Part shown: positions 1 through 9,103 of the stretch, piece after piece
How positions within the stretch are numbered: the stretch's first letter is position 1
How the letters are laid out: each line of letters begins with the position of its first letter
Assembly: GCF_018398935.1 (NCBI RefSeq)
Contig: NZ_CP074694.1
Span: 2,040,001-2,072,000 of the forward strand
Source of the DNA: Telmatocola sphagniphila
Lineage (GTDB): Bacteria > Planctomycetota > Planctomycetia > Gemmatales > Gemmataceae
Direction of reading: 5' to 3'
DNA length: 32,000 bases
The notes under the pieces: model-generated
The model's input: the letters and a program-made list of their open reading frames with translations, nothing else
What the model was told of the DNA's origin: nothing
The model's database searches: none
Made by a program: the position numbers and the translations under genes

Positions 1-780
1 ACCGGCACGCTGAAGCGCAATAGCGAGCATTGGGATAACTGAATCGGGATTGACGAGAAAGACGATTTTTTCTGCTTTGACGTTGTCGGCGGCAAAGAAA
101 ACTTCGGGGGCTTTGGTAGAAAAAGCGGAGTAATATTCTCCCGATGTAATACCAATCTGTGGTCGATAACCCGAATGAATAAGACTCCGCAAAGCCGGTG
201 CCTGAACTTGCTTTGCATGAAGGAGATCTTGAATATCGATAAGTGCAAGCTCACTAAAAAAAGTCAGTCCGCCGGCTTCGGGATTTCGAAGGTCTATGAT
301 CACGGCCCTCGCTTTCAGAACCTCTTTCCGAAGTTCTTCACGCCAGGTGATACTCTTCGCATAATCCGTAACTGCATTCGGGAAAATCGCCAACACTTCA
401 TTTTCGATCCAGCTGAAAAACTTCGGAGCATTTTTGCCGTTGTTCAGATCAGGAAAACCGTTCTTCGACACGATAGGCTTGCGAACCACCCGCGTAGCGG
501 AATCGCCGAGAGTGTTGAGCATTTCCTGAACGACCTGCACAAATTCGTCCGCATCTTTTGCGGCACGCACTTTGGGCAGCGCCTTGATTAAAGCCGCATC
601 CCAGTCAATCTCCTTGTAAGCGAGAGAGGGATGCAAATAACGAACAGTTCCCCAGACTTTGCAGAGCCTAGCGATTCGATCGATGCGAGCTTCATCTAAG
701 GGAGGAGGTTCAAATGCAAAACTAGTTTTACCAAATATCGCGAGTGATAGAGCCAGAGCTATGAAGTGGGAGTACAGCAT
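1..780 (-). CDS. S41-like (C-terminal processing) peptidase family protein, N-terminal 260 aa; 3' end runs off the window
   Basis: Open minus-strand frame from ATG at 780-778 (GGAGG 5 nt upstream) to the window edge; absent from the ORF track because it has no stop. Signal-like N-terminus MLYSHFIALALSLAIFG. The block IIDLRNPEAGG resembles the S41 DLRxNxGG motif. The listed + ORF 175..591 is its antisense shadow. Confidence 0.5.
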   Translation of the reverse strand, partial: MLYSHFIALALSLAIFGKTSFAFEPPPLDEARIDRIARLCKVWGTVRYLHPSLAYKEIDWDAALIKALPKVRAAKDADEFVQVVQEMLNTLGDSATRVVRKPIVSKNGFPDLNNGKNAPKFFSWIENEVLAIFPNAVTDYAKSITWREELRKEVLKARAVIIDLRNPEAGGLTFFSELALIDIQDLLHAKQVQAPALRSLIHSGYRPQIGITSGEYYSAFSTKAPEVFFAADNVKAEKIVFLVNPDSVIPMLAIALQRAG

Positions 781-1013
781 GTTGACCTCCATTGGTTTAC
801 GGCAAATTTGTCGAGTATAGCAGTTCCCGATTGCTGATCGCGTTTTAGATTACGGCCACTATTGCGATATTCGGTGAATCCATATGTTTACAGAGGTCTA
901 ACGCGACACTCGAAAACTGCATCGATTTTGATACTGCAGTAATATAAGCTATTGGCGATTCTGTGCCAGTAGCTGGTAAAGTTTCTCACGAGTCGGGTAT
1001 ATGGAGGGGCTTG

Positions 1014-1535
1014 ATGGGGGATGAACAAAAGATCCGGCGATGGTTGCTTGCGGTCAGCGTCCTAGCAGTTGTCGCAGCGGTTGCAGCCTGGTGGTTCTCC
1101 CCCGGACAGCAGCAGAAGAGGTGGACCGCTGCACTGATCAACGCCGTACAATCTGGCAACCAAAAAGCCGTTCAGGCAGCCTTCGATGATGGGGCTGACG
1201 TCAACTCCCGCGACTCCGATGGCATCACTATTCTGATGCATGCAGCCCGTGGAGACCAACCGGATATTGCCAACCCTGCCCCCAGTGACAACCCCGAGAT
1301 CGTGGAGCTGCTAATCCATCGTGGGGCAGACGTCAACGCCAAGACGGACTCGGGGTTCGTAGCATTGTTCTGGGCCGCTCGATATGGACACGCGCGGGTC
1401 GCCAAAGTGCTCATAGCCAATGGCGCGGAGGTGAACGTCAAGGATAAAGAATCCATGACGGCCCTACGGTGGGCTAATACCAACCAGCATACCAAGCTGG
1501 TCGAGTTGCTAAAGGAGGCCGGGGCCAAGGAGTAA
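1014..1535 (+). CDS. membrane-anchored ankyrin-repeat protein
   Basis: ATG at 1014 preceded by GGAGGGG. N-terminal hydrophobic helix (WLLAVSVLAVVAAVAAWWF). Repeated ankyrin signatures follow: DVNSRDSDGITILMHAAR, LLIHRGADVNAKTDSGFVALFWAARYGH, VLIANGAEVNVKDKESMTALRWA. The ORF track start at 963 is a GTG further upstream. Confidence 0.8.
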   Translation: MGDEQKIRRWLLAVSVLAVVAAVAAWWFSPGQQQKRWTAALINAVQSGNQKAVQAAFDDGADVNSRDSDGITILMHAARGDQPDIANPAPSDNPEIVELLIHRGADVNAKTDSGFVALFWAARYGHARVAKVLIANGAEVNVKDKESMTALRWANTNQHTKLVELLKEAGAKE

Positions 1536-2093
1536 GCCTCGGGCTGCACAATCCGTGGCAACTGTCAAGAAAGCATTTAAGTCGATTGCGAAGCAATATC
1601 TAAGAAGAGACAACTCGAGGTGAGCTGCAGCGCTTCTCGCCTCCTCAGTTTACATTAGCCAAGTGAAGCTTTTTCAAAAAAACGCTTTCCTCCCGGGCAC
1701 TTTTCTCTTCCATCCGGCATTTAACAGATAGCCCTATTTTCAGTCCCCGTCCATACGAGTGATCGTGAGGCGAACGTCGCTGAGGATTCGGGAAAGGACC
1801 GACAACACGAAGCCCCCTCGTGAAGCTGGATCTGAATCGGTTCTGGTGATTTTTAAGACCACCGATTCTTAGCACTGCAAAGGCCTAGATTGCCGGCGAA
1901 GCCCTGCTTGCAACCCATCTTTCCACTGATAGAAATCTAGCAAGCGTCCTATTCCCGCGAAAGCAAAAGATGACACGCGATCAAATGGATCGGCGAATTG
2001 CTAATGAGCTTCTCCAAACTCGTGATTCTGCATCGATAATTCCCTCGCCCTCGCTGCAAGATAATCCTTTTGATTTAGAACGCGGATACCGGG

Positions 2094-3384
2094 CAGGGAA
2101 ATCGCATTTAAAGCTGAAGGAATTCTCGAATAATTAATTCTCGGCGTTCATCGCTGGCGCAGGCTTTCAGTCGTTTGACTGCCATCGATTCCTTGCCGCT
2201 CGCATTCGCTACTATGCTCAGAGCCAACCTTTTAATCCTGGCGAAATTCTGAGGGCCGTTATCTTTTCGAACCCGGCTGTCGTCGTCGCCGAATGTCACA
2301 TCCAAGGACCAATGCAAATTATTCTCGATCGTCCAATGTTCCCGGACCGCTTTCGCCAACACCGGAGCGTCCGACGCTCGGCTGCAAATATAGTAGCGGA
2401 TTTCGCTCGCGCTCTTGTGGTTTTCTCGGCGGTCGGTCACCACCACGACCACCGTCTTCAAGCCTTTCCAATCGTCCTTCATCGATAAGAAATTGACGTC
2501 CGAAAACACGAGGCACGAACGGTACTCCACTCGGCCTCGATTCTTCTCCGTCGATTCGCAGAACGTCGTCGGTACATCGGCGAATCCGGACTCCAAATGC
2601 TTGAAGTAATGAGCCTTGATCTCGGCCAAGAGAGTCGGTTGATTGTCCTTCACCGCCAACAGGTAATCCGCGTCCCGTTCCCGCACCGCCTCGGCGATTT
2701 TTTTTTGACAGCCCATCGCGTCGATAGTCACGATTTTTCCGGCAATGTCCAGCCGTTTCAGCAATTCCGGGATCGCGGTGATCTCGTTCGATTTATCGTC
2801 CACCGCCTCTTGGCCCAGCGTCACGCGGTTGGCCGTCGCAAACGCGCTGACCACGTGCAGGCACTTCTGACCCGGACCGCCTGACGAACGCATCGTCTTG
2901 CCGTCGATCGCCACCTGAAGCAGGTCGGTCCCGACGCAGATTTCCGCCATCCATGAAGCGAAGCAGGCCTCGAAAGCATCCGTGTCCAGATAGCGGAAAA
3001 CTCGGCCGAAAGTGTCATGGCTCGGGATGCCGTTGGGCAAGGGAGATACTTCCGGAACCAGTCGATCTTGGTCACGCCGAAAGCTTCGACGGCCACCCAG
3101 TCGTTGGCTCCGGAAACCGCGGCGCAAATGGCTATGAAAATGATTTCCGAAAGCGTGTGTTGTTGGCAACGATCGAGGCGGTGGTCGGGCAAATCCGCGA
3201 AGTGGACGAGGAGATCGGTCAACGGAGTTTTCGCCGGCGCGGGAGATAGTTCGGAAAGCTGAAACATCGAGGAACCCCAGGGCGATCTAGCGAGCGATTT
3301 CCACATCCTCCACTAAAGAAGAACGATGCGCAATACAATTAATGACATTAGATGTTTTCTTGGAATTTAAGCGCGATTTCCCTG
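2094..3384 (-). mobile_element. ISAs1-family insertion sequence, copy 1 (1291 bp)
   Basis: Same length as the element at 7567..8857, and every listed ORF translation is identical in inverted orientation (coordinates map as x+y=10951). Terminal inverted repeats are CAGGGAAATCGCGCTTAAA and CAGGGAAATCGCATTTAAA (17/19). The flanks GGATACCGGG (2084-2093) and GGGGCGGTGG (3385-3394) do not match, so this copy has no target-site duplication. Confidence 0.85.
2108..3306 (-). CDS. ISAs1-family transposase (H-repeat-associated type), encoded in two overlapping frames offset by -1
   Basis: N-terminal part (ORF 2821..3306): LLVHFADLPDHRLDRCQQHTLSEIIFIAICAAVSGANDWVAVEAFG, like the DDE_Tnp_1_assoc region. 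DDE part (ORF 2108..3169): LPNGIPSHDTFGRVF ... AIDGKTMRSS ... NEITAIPELL ... TIDAMGCQKKIA ... HWTIENNLHWSLDVTFGDD, colinear with E. coli H-repeat proteins. The frames meet at KYLP / LPNGIPSHDTF (GGG run at 3041-3043). Confidence 0.85.
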
Positions 3385-3446
3385 GGGGCGGTGGGCTGCC
3401 GACGATGTTCCAGTCGCCGAGTTTGGGGAAGCGATGGCCGTGGTGA
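3385..3446 (+). pseudogene. 3'-terminal remnant of a terminase-large-subunit-like gene, abutting ISAs1 copy 1
   Basis: Translates GGGLPTMFQSPSLGKRWPW*, clearly paralogous in DNA and protein to the end of ORF 4189..4371 (GGLPTFFEFQSLGRRWAW*). It begins exactly at the IS boundary. Confidence 0.4.
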
Positions 3447-3716
3447 GGAACTACTTCAACCGTTTTCCAGCGTGAAACTTAAATTCGAAGATTCACTACG
3501 GACAAACTAACAAATTGTGAAACTCATCTTAAAAAACTTGATATTCCTCCGCTGGAATTGAAAATCGGGCACCCTACTCATCTGGGGTCGATTATCGTTC
3601 GGGACCGAAAATTGGCAAGAAAGTGATGAGCTTAAACACTAAAGCTAACTATGTAAAGCCCATCGACAAGATCGATTTTATGTTGCATGGACAAATAAAA
3701 AGGATGCAAGTGATCG

Positions 3717-4046
3717 CTACCGTACAGCCTCTAAGAAGCGATAGTCATACATCCACATATCCCCCTCCACATCGCTATGGATAGCAATCCGCCCCGTCGT
3801 CTTAAATGCTAGTTTGAAAATTTCCCACTGCTCATCGCTGATATTGCCCTGTTGGGACGTTGCTCCGCCCTCTTCCCATAAGATGGAAACGCTCCGACCT
3901 CCGGCAATCTCAAAGTAGCCAAGTCTACTGACTCTACCAAAATGCCACTCGAAGTTAGCCCCAGCCTTCCGAGCTTGAGCTTTATCCAGTGATTCGCCTC
4001 CAACTTCATGTAATTGGTGCTTTATCGCTACTGACTTCTTTGCCAT
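3717..4046 (-). CDS. hypothetical protein (109 aa) in a low-GC tract
   Basis: ATG at 4046 with AAGGA about 10 nt upstream. No motif I recognise. Sits between the two terminase-like remnants. Confidence 0.4.
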   Translation of the reverse strand: MAKKSVAIKHQLHEVGGESLDKAQARKAGANFEWHFGRVSRLGYFEIAGGRSVSILWEEGGATSQQGNISDEQWEIFKLAFKTTGRIAIHSDVEGDMWMYDYRFLEAVR

Positions 4047-4188
4047 GAGTTCACATCCTTTGGTTTGCTTGACAACGTACACAGGTTCGATTTTACGCCT
4101 TCACTAACTTACCTGTGTTTATCTTATTGATAATCGGTTATTCCTCATAAAACTAATCGTTTGATACTCGACTCATCGAAATTCCCAC

Positions 4189-4371
4189 GTGAAATTAACC
4201 ACCGCAGCAAATGAACAATTCGGTGTCTGGCGGAAAGGAACGCACGATGATTTGGTTCTAGCCGTGGCTCTGACGGTATGGAGCGCGGAGAAGTTCCCCG
4301 AGTTCATTCCGTTGGGTGGGTTGCCGACGTTTTTCGAGTTCCAAAGTTTGGGGAGACGGTGGGCGTGGTGA
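4189..4371 (+). pseudogene. C-terminal fragment of a phage terminase large-subunit-like protein
   Basis: The GTHDDLVLAVALTVW motif resembles the conserved hDDlv.A.ala.w near the C-terminus of the terminase nuclease domain. The ORF is only 60 aa with no upstream ATPase part. Confidence 0.35.
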
Positions 4372-4413
4372 AATGCACTCTCTTTATTCAGCCTTAACGA
4401 AAGATGTTGTAGG

Positions 4414-4848
4414 CTACCCTTTCACTTTCTCCGCGATTGCGGTGAACTGCTCCAGGGCCGTTTGCAAATCCTCCGCGATCTCCTGGGCCAGCACGTCCGG
4501 AGGCGGTAAATCGTCGCTGTCCTCCAGGCTCTTGTCACGCAGCCAGAAAATATCGAGATTCACTTTGTCCCGCTTCATCAGGTCTTCGTAGTCGAACGAT
4601 CGCCAACGGCCTTCGGGATTCGCTTCGGTCCAGGTCGGCTTCCGCAGGTGGCGTTTGCCGGGCCGGTCGCATTCGACGAATTCATCCAGATCGTCACGCT
4701 GCAACGGATTCGTCTTCTGCGTAAAAAGCATGTTGGTCAGCAGGTCGTACACCCAGAGCGTCTTAGTCCAACGCTTTTCCCGAGAAGGCTTCGGTATGAT
4801 AACGGCGAACCGAAGGTCATTGTGGCCGCACTGGTGAATCGTTCTCAA
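4414..4848 (-). pseudogene. hsdM: type I restriction-modification methyltransferase (HsdM-like) C-terminal fragment
   Basis: TLWVYDLLTNMLFTQKTNPLQRDDLDEFVECDRPGKRH..TWTEANPEGRWRSFDYEDLMKRDKVNLDIFWLRDKSLEDSDDLPPPDVLAQEIAEDLQTALEQF matches the characteristic HsdM C-terminal tail. The SAM-binding and NPPF catalytic regions are missing upstream. Confidence 0.55.
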
Positions 4849-5119
4849 TAATCTGGCGATCGCATTGGCTCAGAATCGTGTTTCTTTAGGATCTGGCCCT
4901 TGAAAGCCCGGCAGGTTGCACTTGAAAAGATCCTAATTTCTAAAGATATTTTAATTGACATGTCGCTGGACGAATACGAAAACGAGAGCATGAAATCCGC
5001 CCGATATGGTCCGATCCATTTTTCCAGTTTATTTCAATAATCGAGGAAGAAATCGGCTCTATCTCCGTTTAAGGGGGATAGAAGCAATGGTATCTCAATC
5101 GTGTTGAGAGGTGTAGCTG

Positions 5120-6898
5120 ATGAAGGTCCCTCTGATTTTTTGGGGTTTGCTCGCATCGTTAGCACTCGCATCTCCAAGCCAGGCAGACGAAAAAACAGAT
5201 TTGGCAGCGCAGGCCTACGAGGTCATCGCCAAGCACTGCTTGCGTTGCCATAAGGGGCCTGGCTCCGAAGGTGGGGTTGCCAATTTTGGCTCCCTTGCGG
5301 ATTTGCAGGCACCCCGGGGGAAGAAAGCGGCCCTTATCGTGGCTGGTAAGCCTGAAGAGTCCCGCCTTTACCAGCGTCTGGCGATCGATGGGGATATGCC
5401 GCCGGAAGAGGCGCTGCGAGCCACCGGTAAGCCCACCGAAGAAGAAAAAGCGATTCTGAAAAAATGGATTGAAGCTTCCGCTCCCCCCTTTACAAATTCC
5501 GCAAAGCAGCGAAATTTCATCACTCTGGCTGATGAGCTGACAGCGATTCGCGAAGCACTGCAAAAAGCCAATCGTGAAGATCGTCCTTATATTCGTTTCT
5601 TCACGCTAACACACCTTCACAATGACAAAACGATTCCGGAAGCCAAATTAAAGCTGATTCGAGCGGCCCTCTCTAAAGCCATCAATAGCTTGAGCTTGAA
5701 GCCCACAATTGTTCTGCCCGAATCGGTGAACAGTGCCGGAACAGTGTACGCCGTGGATATTCGACGACTCGACTGGGACACGCGCCATCTGTGGAATCGC
5801 ATTCTCGAATTCTACCCTTACGGTCTACTCTACACGAAATATCCCGATCCTAACATTCGCCGCTTGGCCGAAGATGTGGAAGATCTTTCCAAAGCGCAGA
5901 TTCCCGCGCTGCGGGCGGACTGGTTTGTCGCCACGGCCCTGCGACCGCCGTTGTATCACACCCTTCTGAACATTCCGGAGGATGCCCGGGTACTCGAGCA
6001 ACGCGTTGGAGTAAATGTTGCAACCAACTTCGAGAGCGATAAACTGGCTCGCGCTGGCTTTTCCAGATCCGGCGTCTCCGCTCAGAACCGACTCGTCGAA
6101 CGGCACGACTCCAATCAGGGGGTGTATTGGAAGAGTTATGATTTCAAGCCGGATGCAGGTCGAGGGCGTCTGATCCGTTTTCCCCTTGGTCCACTCAACC
6201 TCTTCTCGAAAGGCCATCACCCCTATGAAAATCAGGCTTTCGTACATGACGGAGGGGAAATCATCTTCAGCCTTCCCAATAAACTCCATGCCTACATGCT
6301 CGTCGACGGTAAGAACAAGCGGATCGACGAAGGTCCGATTTCCGTGGTCGGCGATTCCAAGAAAACGGCCGGGACTTCGGCCATCGTGAATGGCATTTCC
6401 TGTATGGCTTGCCACACAAAAGGAATGATCGAGCTGAAGGATTACGTTCGGGACAACTCCGCTGTCTTCGGCAAAGCGGATGATAAAGTGCGTAAACTCT
6501 ATCCCGATGCTAAAAAGATGGACGAACTGATCCAACAGGATCAGGAACAATACCTTTCCGCTCTCGAGAAAGCTGTTGGGCCTTTCCTGAAGATCGGCCC
6601 GGATGCGAATAAATCGATCGCAGATCTTTCCGAGCCTTGCAGTTACGTCATTATGACCTATCGATCTTCCTCCGACGCTTACCTGACGCTCGACCGGATC
6701 GCTTGCGAGCTTTACCTGAAAAATGGGGAAGAATTGAAAGCAAAAGTCGGAGCTAAGAAGTTCAAGGAGTTAGGTCTCGCTTCCTTACTGTCGCAACCCG
6801 ACGCGGTCATCGCCCGCCTGGAATGGGAAGCGGTCGATGGCTATTCCCTCATGCAAGAACTGGGCAAAGAGTTAGGTTGTCTACCTATTGGAAAGTAA
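5120..6898 (+). CDS. secreted planctomycete-type cytochrome c domain protein (two CxxCH motifs)
   Basis: Signal peptide MKVPLIFWGLLASLALASPSQA. N-terminal KHCLRCHKGPGSEGG...GKPEESRLYQRL...DMPP resembles the PSCyt1-type domain. Second heme motif at NGISCMACHTKG. SD GAGAGGTG lies upstream of the ATG. Confidence 0.8.
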   Translation: MKVPLIFWGLLASLALASPSQADEKTDLAAQAYEVIAKHCLRCHKGPGSEGGVANFGSLADLQAPRGKKAALIVAGKPEESRLYQRLAIDGDMPPEEALRATGKPTEEEKAILKKWIEASAPPFTNSAKQRNFITLADELTAIREALQKANREDRPYIRFFTLTHLHNDKTIPEAKLKLIRAALSKAINSLSLKPTIVLPESVNSAGTVYAVDIRRLDWDTRHLWNRILEFYPYGLLYTKYPDPNIRRLAEDVEDLSKAQIPALRADWFVATALRPPLYHTLLNIPEDARVLEQRVGVNVATNFESDKLARAGFSRSGVSAQNRLVERHDSNQGVYWKSYDFKPDAGRGRLIRFPLGPLNLFSKGHHPYENQAFVHDGGEIIFSLPNKLHAYMLVDGKNKRIDEGPISVVGDSKKTAGTSAIVNGISCMACHTKGMIELKDYVRDNSAVFGKADDKVRKLYPDAKKMDELIQQDQEQYLSALEKAVGPFLKIGPDANKSIADLSEPCSYVIMTYRSSSDAYLTLDRIACELYLKNGEELKAKVGAKKFKELGLASLLSQPDAVIARLEWEAVDGYSLMQELGKELGCLPIGK

Positions 6899-6931
6899 TA
6901 TTTCGAAACAATTGAACTGGGAGATTTACAT

Positions 6932-7566
6932 ATGAAGATTTTGATGTTCTTACTGGCGCTCGGGATCATCCCCTTTTCGTCCGCTCGGGCCGAAGAAATC
7001 AAGACCCTGCAGGTCATCGCCGCCGAACTGGCGATTGATGTCAAAGCGGTCCTGAACAAGGAAAACCAGCAGTCGGTACGGATCGGCCTGTTTAGTCCGC
7101 GCGGGGCGGCCCTCGGAGATGCCAATGCGGGGCTCGCGATTTGCGCCGCACTCGAAAAGGAACTGGGTAATACCGCGAATCCCGAAGCCACTTTTGAGAT
7201 CTCAGGGTATTTCCTTTTCATAGAAGCCCCCAAGGATACCCGGATTAAGCTGATCTCCGTCAAACCAGAATTAACGAATACAAAATCGGGCGAGACGGTA
7301 AAAGCCTTCCTACCTAAGGAACTCGTCATCGGCGGAAATACGGATATTGCACGAATATTGGGTGTCTCGGGTAGAGTACCTTCGGAGAAAGAAGGTGTAC
7401 AAGTGCCCTACACGGAGCGAAACCAGGAAATCCAGAAGATTCACAAACAGCCAACCACTTTCATTCATGGGGAAGATAAATCTCTCATCTCCTCCGGCCC
7501 AGATAGCCTTTACGATGTACAGATTCTCGTCGGCCCCTCCCCCGATTCGATGAGTCCCCGTCCCGC
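6932..7566 (+). pseudogene. 5' part of a secreted hypothetical-protein gene, interrupted by ISAs1 copy 2
   Basis: Signal peptide MKILMFLLALGIIPFSSARA. The frame runs into the IS, and the last 16 codons of ORF 6932..7603 are IS-derived. Removing 7567..8867 (the IS plus one TSD copy) rejoins the frame: ...SPRPA|KLIDGKAFVDIHKEELYQVRVINRSNNEVAVSLAIDGVDQF... Confidence 0.75.
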
Positions 7567-8857
7567 CAGGGAAATCGCGCTTAAATTCCAAGAAAACATC
7601 TAATGTCATTAATTGTATTGCGCATCGTTCTTCTTTAGTGGAGGATGTGGAAATCGCTCGCTAGATCGCCCTGGGGTTCCTCGATGTTTCAGCTTTCCGA
7701 ACTATCTCCCGCGCCGGCGAAAACTCCGTTGACCGATCTCCTCGTCCACTTCGCGGATTTGCCCGACCACCGCCTCGATCGTTGCCAACAACACACGCTT
7801 TCGGAAATCATTTTCATAGCCATTTGCGCCGCGGTTTCCGGAGCCAACGACTGGGTGGCCGTCGAAGCTTTCGGCGTGACCAAGATCGACTGGTTCCGGA
7901 AGTATCTCCCTTGCCCAACGGCATCCCGAGCCATGACACTTTCGGCCGAGTTTTCCGCTATCTGGACACGGATGCTTTCGAGGCCTGCTTCGCTTCATGG
8001 ATGGCGGAAATCTGCGTCGGGACCGACCTGCTTCAGGTGGCGATCGACGGCAAGACGATGCGTTCGTCAGGCGGTCCGGGTCAGAAGTGCCTGCACGTGG
8101 TCAGCGCGTTTGCGACGGCCAACCGCGTGACGCTGGGCCAAGAGGCGGTGGACGATAAATCGAACGAGATCACCGCGATCCCGGAATTGCTGAAACGGCT
8201 GGACATTGCCGGAAAAATCGTGACTATCGACGCGATGGGCTGTCAAAAAAAAATCGCCGAGGCGGTGCGGGAACGGGACGCGGATTACCTGTTGGCGGTG
8301 AAGGACAATCAACCGACTCTCTTGGCCGAGATCAAGGCTCATTACTTCAAGCATTTGGAGTCCGGATTCGCCGATGTACCGACGACGTTCTGCGAATCGA
8401 CGGAGAAGAATCGAGGCCGAGTGGAGTACCGTTCGTGCCTCGTGTTTTCGGACGTCAATTTCTTATCGATGAAGGACGATTGGAAAGGCTTGAAGACGGT
8501 GGTCGTGGTGGTGACCGACCGCCGAGAAAACCACAAGAGCGCGAGCGAAATCCGCTACTATATTTGCAGCCGAGCGTCGGACGCTCCGGTGTTGGCGAAA
8601 GCGGTCCGGGAACATTGGACGATCGAGAATAATTTGCATTGGTCCTTGGATGTGACATTCGGCGACGACGACAGCCGGGTTCGAAAAGATAACGGCCCTC
8701 AGAATTTCGCCAGGATTAAAAGGTTGGCTCTGAGCATAGTAGCGAATGCGAGCGGCAAGGAATCGATGGCAGTCAAACGACTGAAAGCCTGCGCCAGCGA
8801 TGAACGCCGAGAATTAATTATTCGAGAATTCCTTCAGCTTTAAATGCGATTTCCCTG
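7567..8857 (+). mobile_element. ISAs1-family insertion sequence, copy 2 (1291 bp) with 10-bp target-site duplication
   Basis: Same ends as copy 1. Flanked by a perfect direct repeat CCCGTCCCGC at 7557-7566 and 8858-8867. Confidence 0.9.
7645..8843 (+). CDS. ISAs1-family transposase, same two-frame (-1 offset) organisation as copy 1
   Basis: ORFs 7645..8130 and 7782..8843 have the same translations as the copy 1 ORFs. Frame junction is at the CCC run 7908-7910 (aag tat ctc cct tgc / ccc ttg ccc aac ggc). Confidence 0.85.
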
Positions 8858-9103
8858 CCCGTCCCGCCAAGCTCATAGACGGTAAAGCCTTTGTTGATAT
8901 TCACAAGGAGGAGTTGTATCAGGTTCGGGTTATCAATCGTTCGAATAACGAAGTTGCAGTTTCTCTGGCGATTGATGGAGTGGACCAGTTCACCTTCAGC
9001 GATGTCAAAAAGGCGGATGGGAAGCCGAAATTTTCCCATTGGATTCTCGAAAAACAGGGTAATCCCAATCAAGAAATCATCATTAAAGGATGGCACAAAA
9101 ATC
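8858..9103 (+). pseudogene. 3' continuation of the interrupted secreted-protein gene, cut again by the ISL3 element
   Basis: In frame with 6932..7566 once the IS is removed. The final codons RLFRF* of ORF 8914..9120 are encoded by the ISL3 left inverted repeat starting at 9104. Confidence 0.7.

Noticed and set aside
175-591. 138-aa + strand ORF
   Set aside because: It lies antisense inside a longer, motif-bearing minus-strand frame (S41-like peptidase, 1..780) and has no recognisable features of its own.
1645-1875. 76-aa minus-strand ORF, and the 1560-2093 region in general
   Set aside because: No RBS or motif, and an Arg-rich translation. I treat the region as non-coding flank of ISAs1 copy 1.
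5825-6550. 241-aa minus-strand ORF
   Set aside because: It is entirely antisense to the 592-aa cytochrome c domain gene, which has a signal peptide and CxxCH motifs.
2094-8857. Composite transposon formed by the two inverted ISAs1 copies
   Set aside because: Copy 2 has its own perfect 10-bp duplication on both sides. The outer flanks of the pair do not match, so the pair did not insert as a unit.
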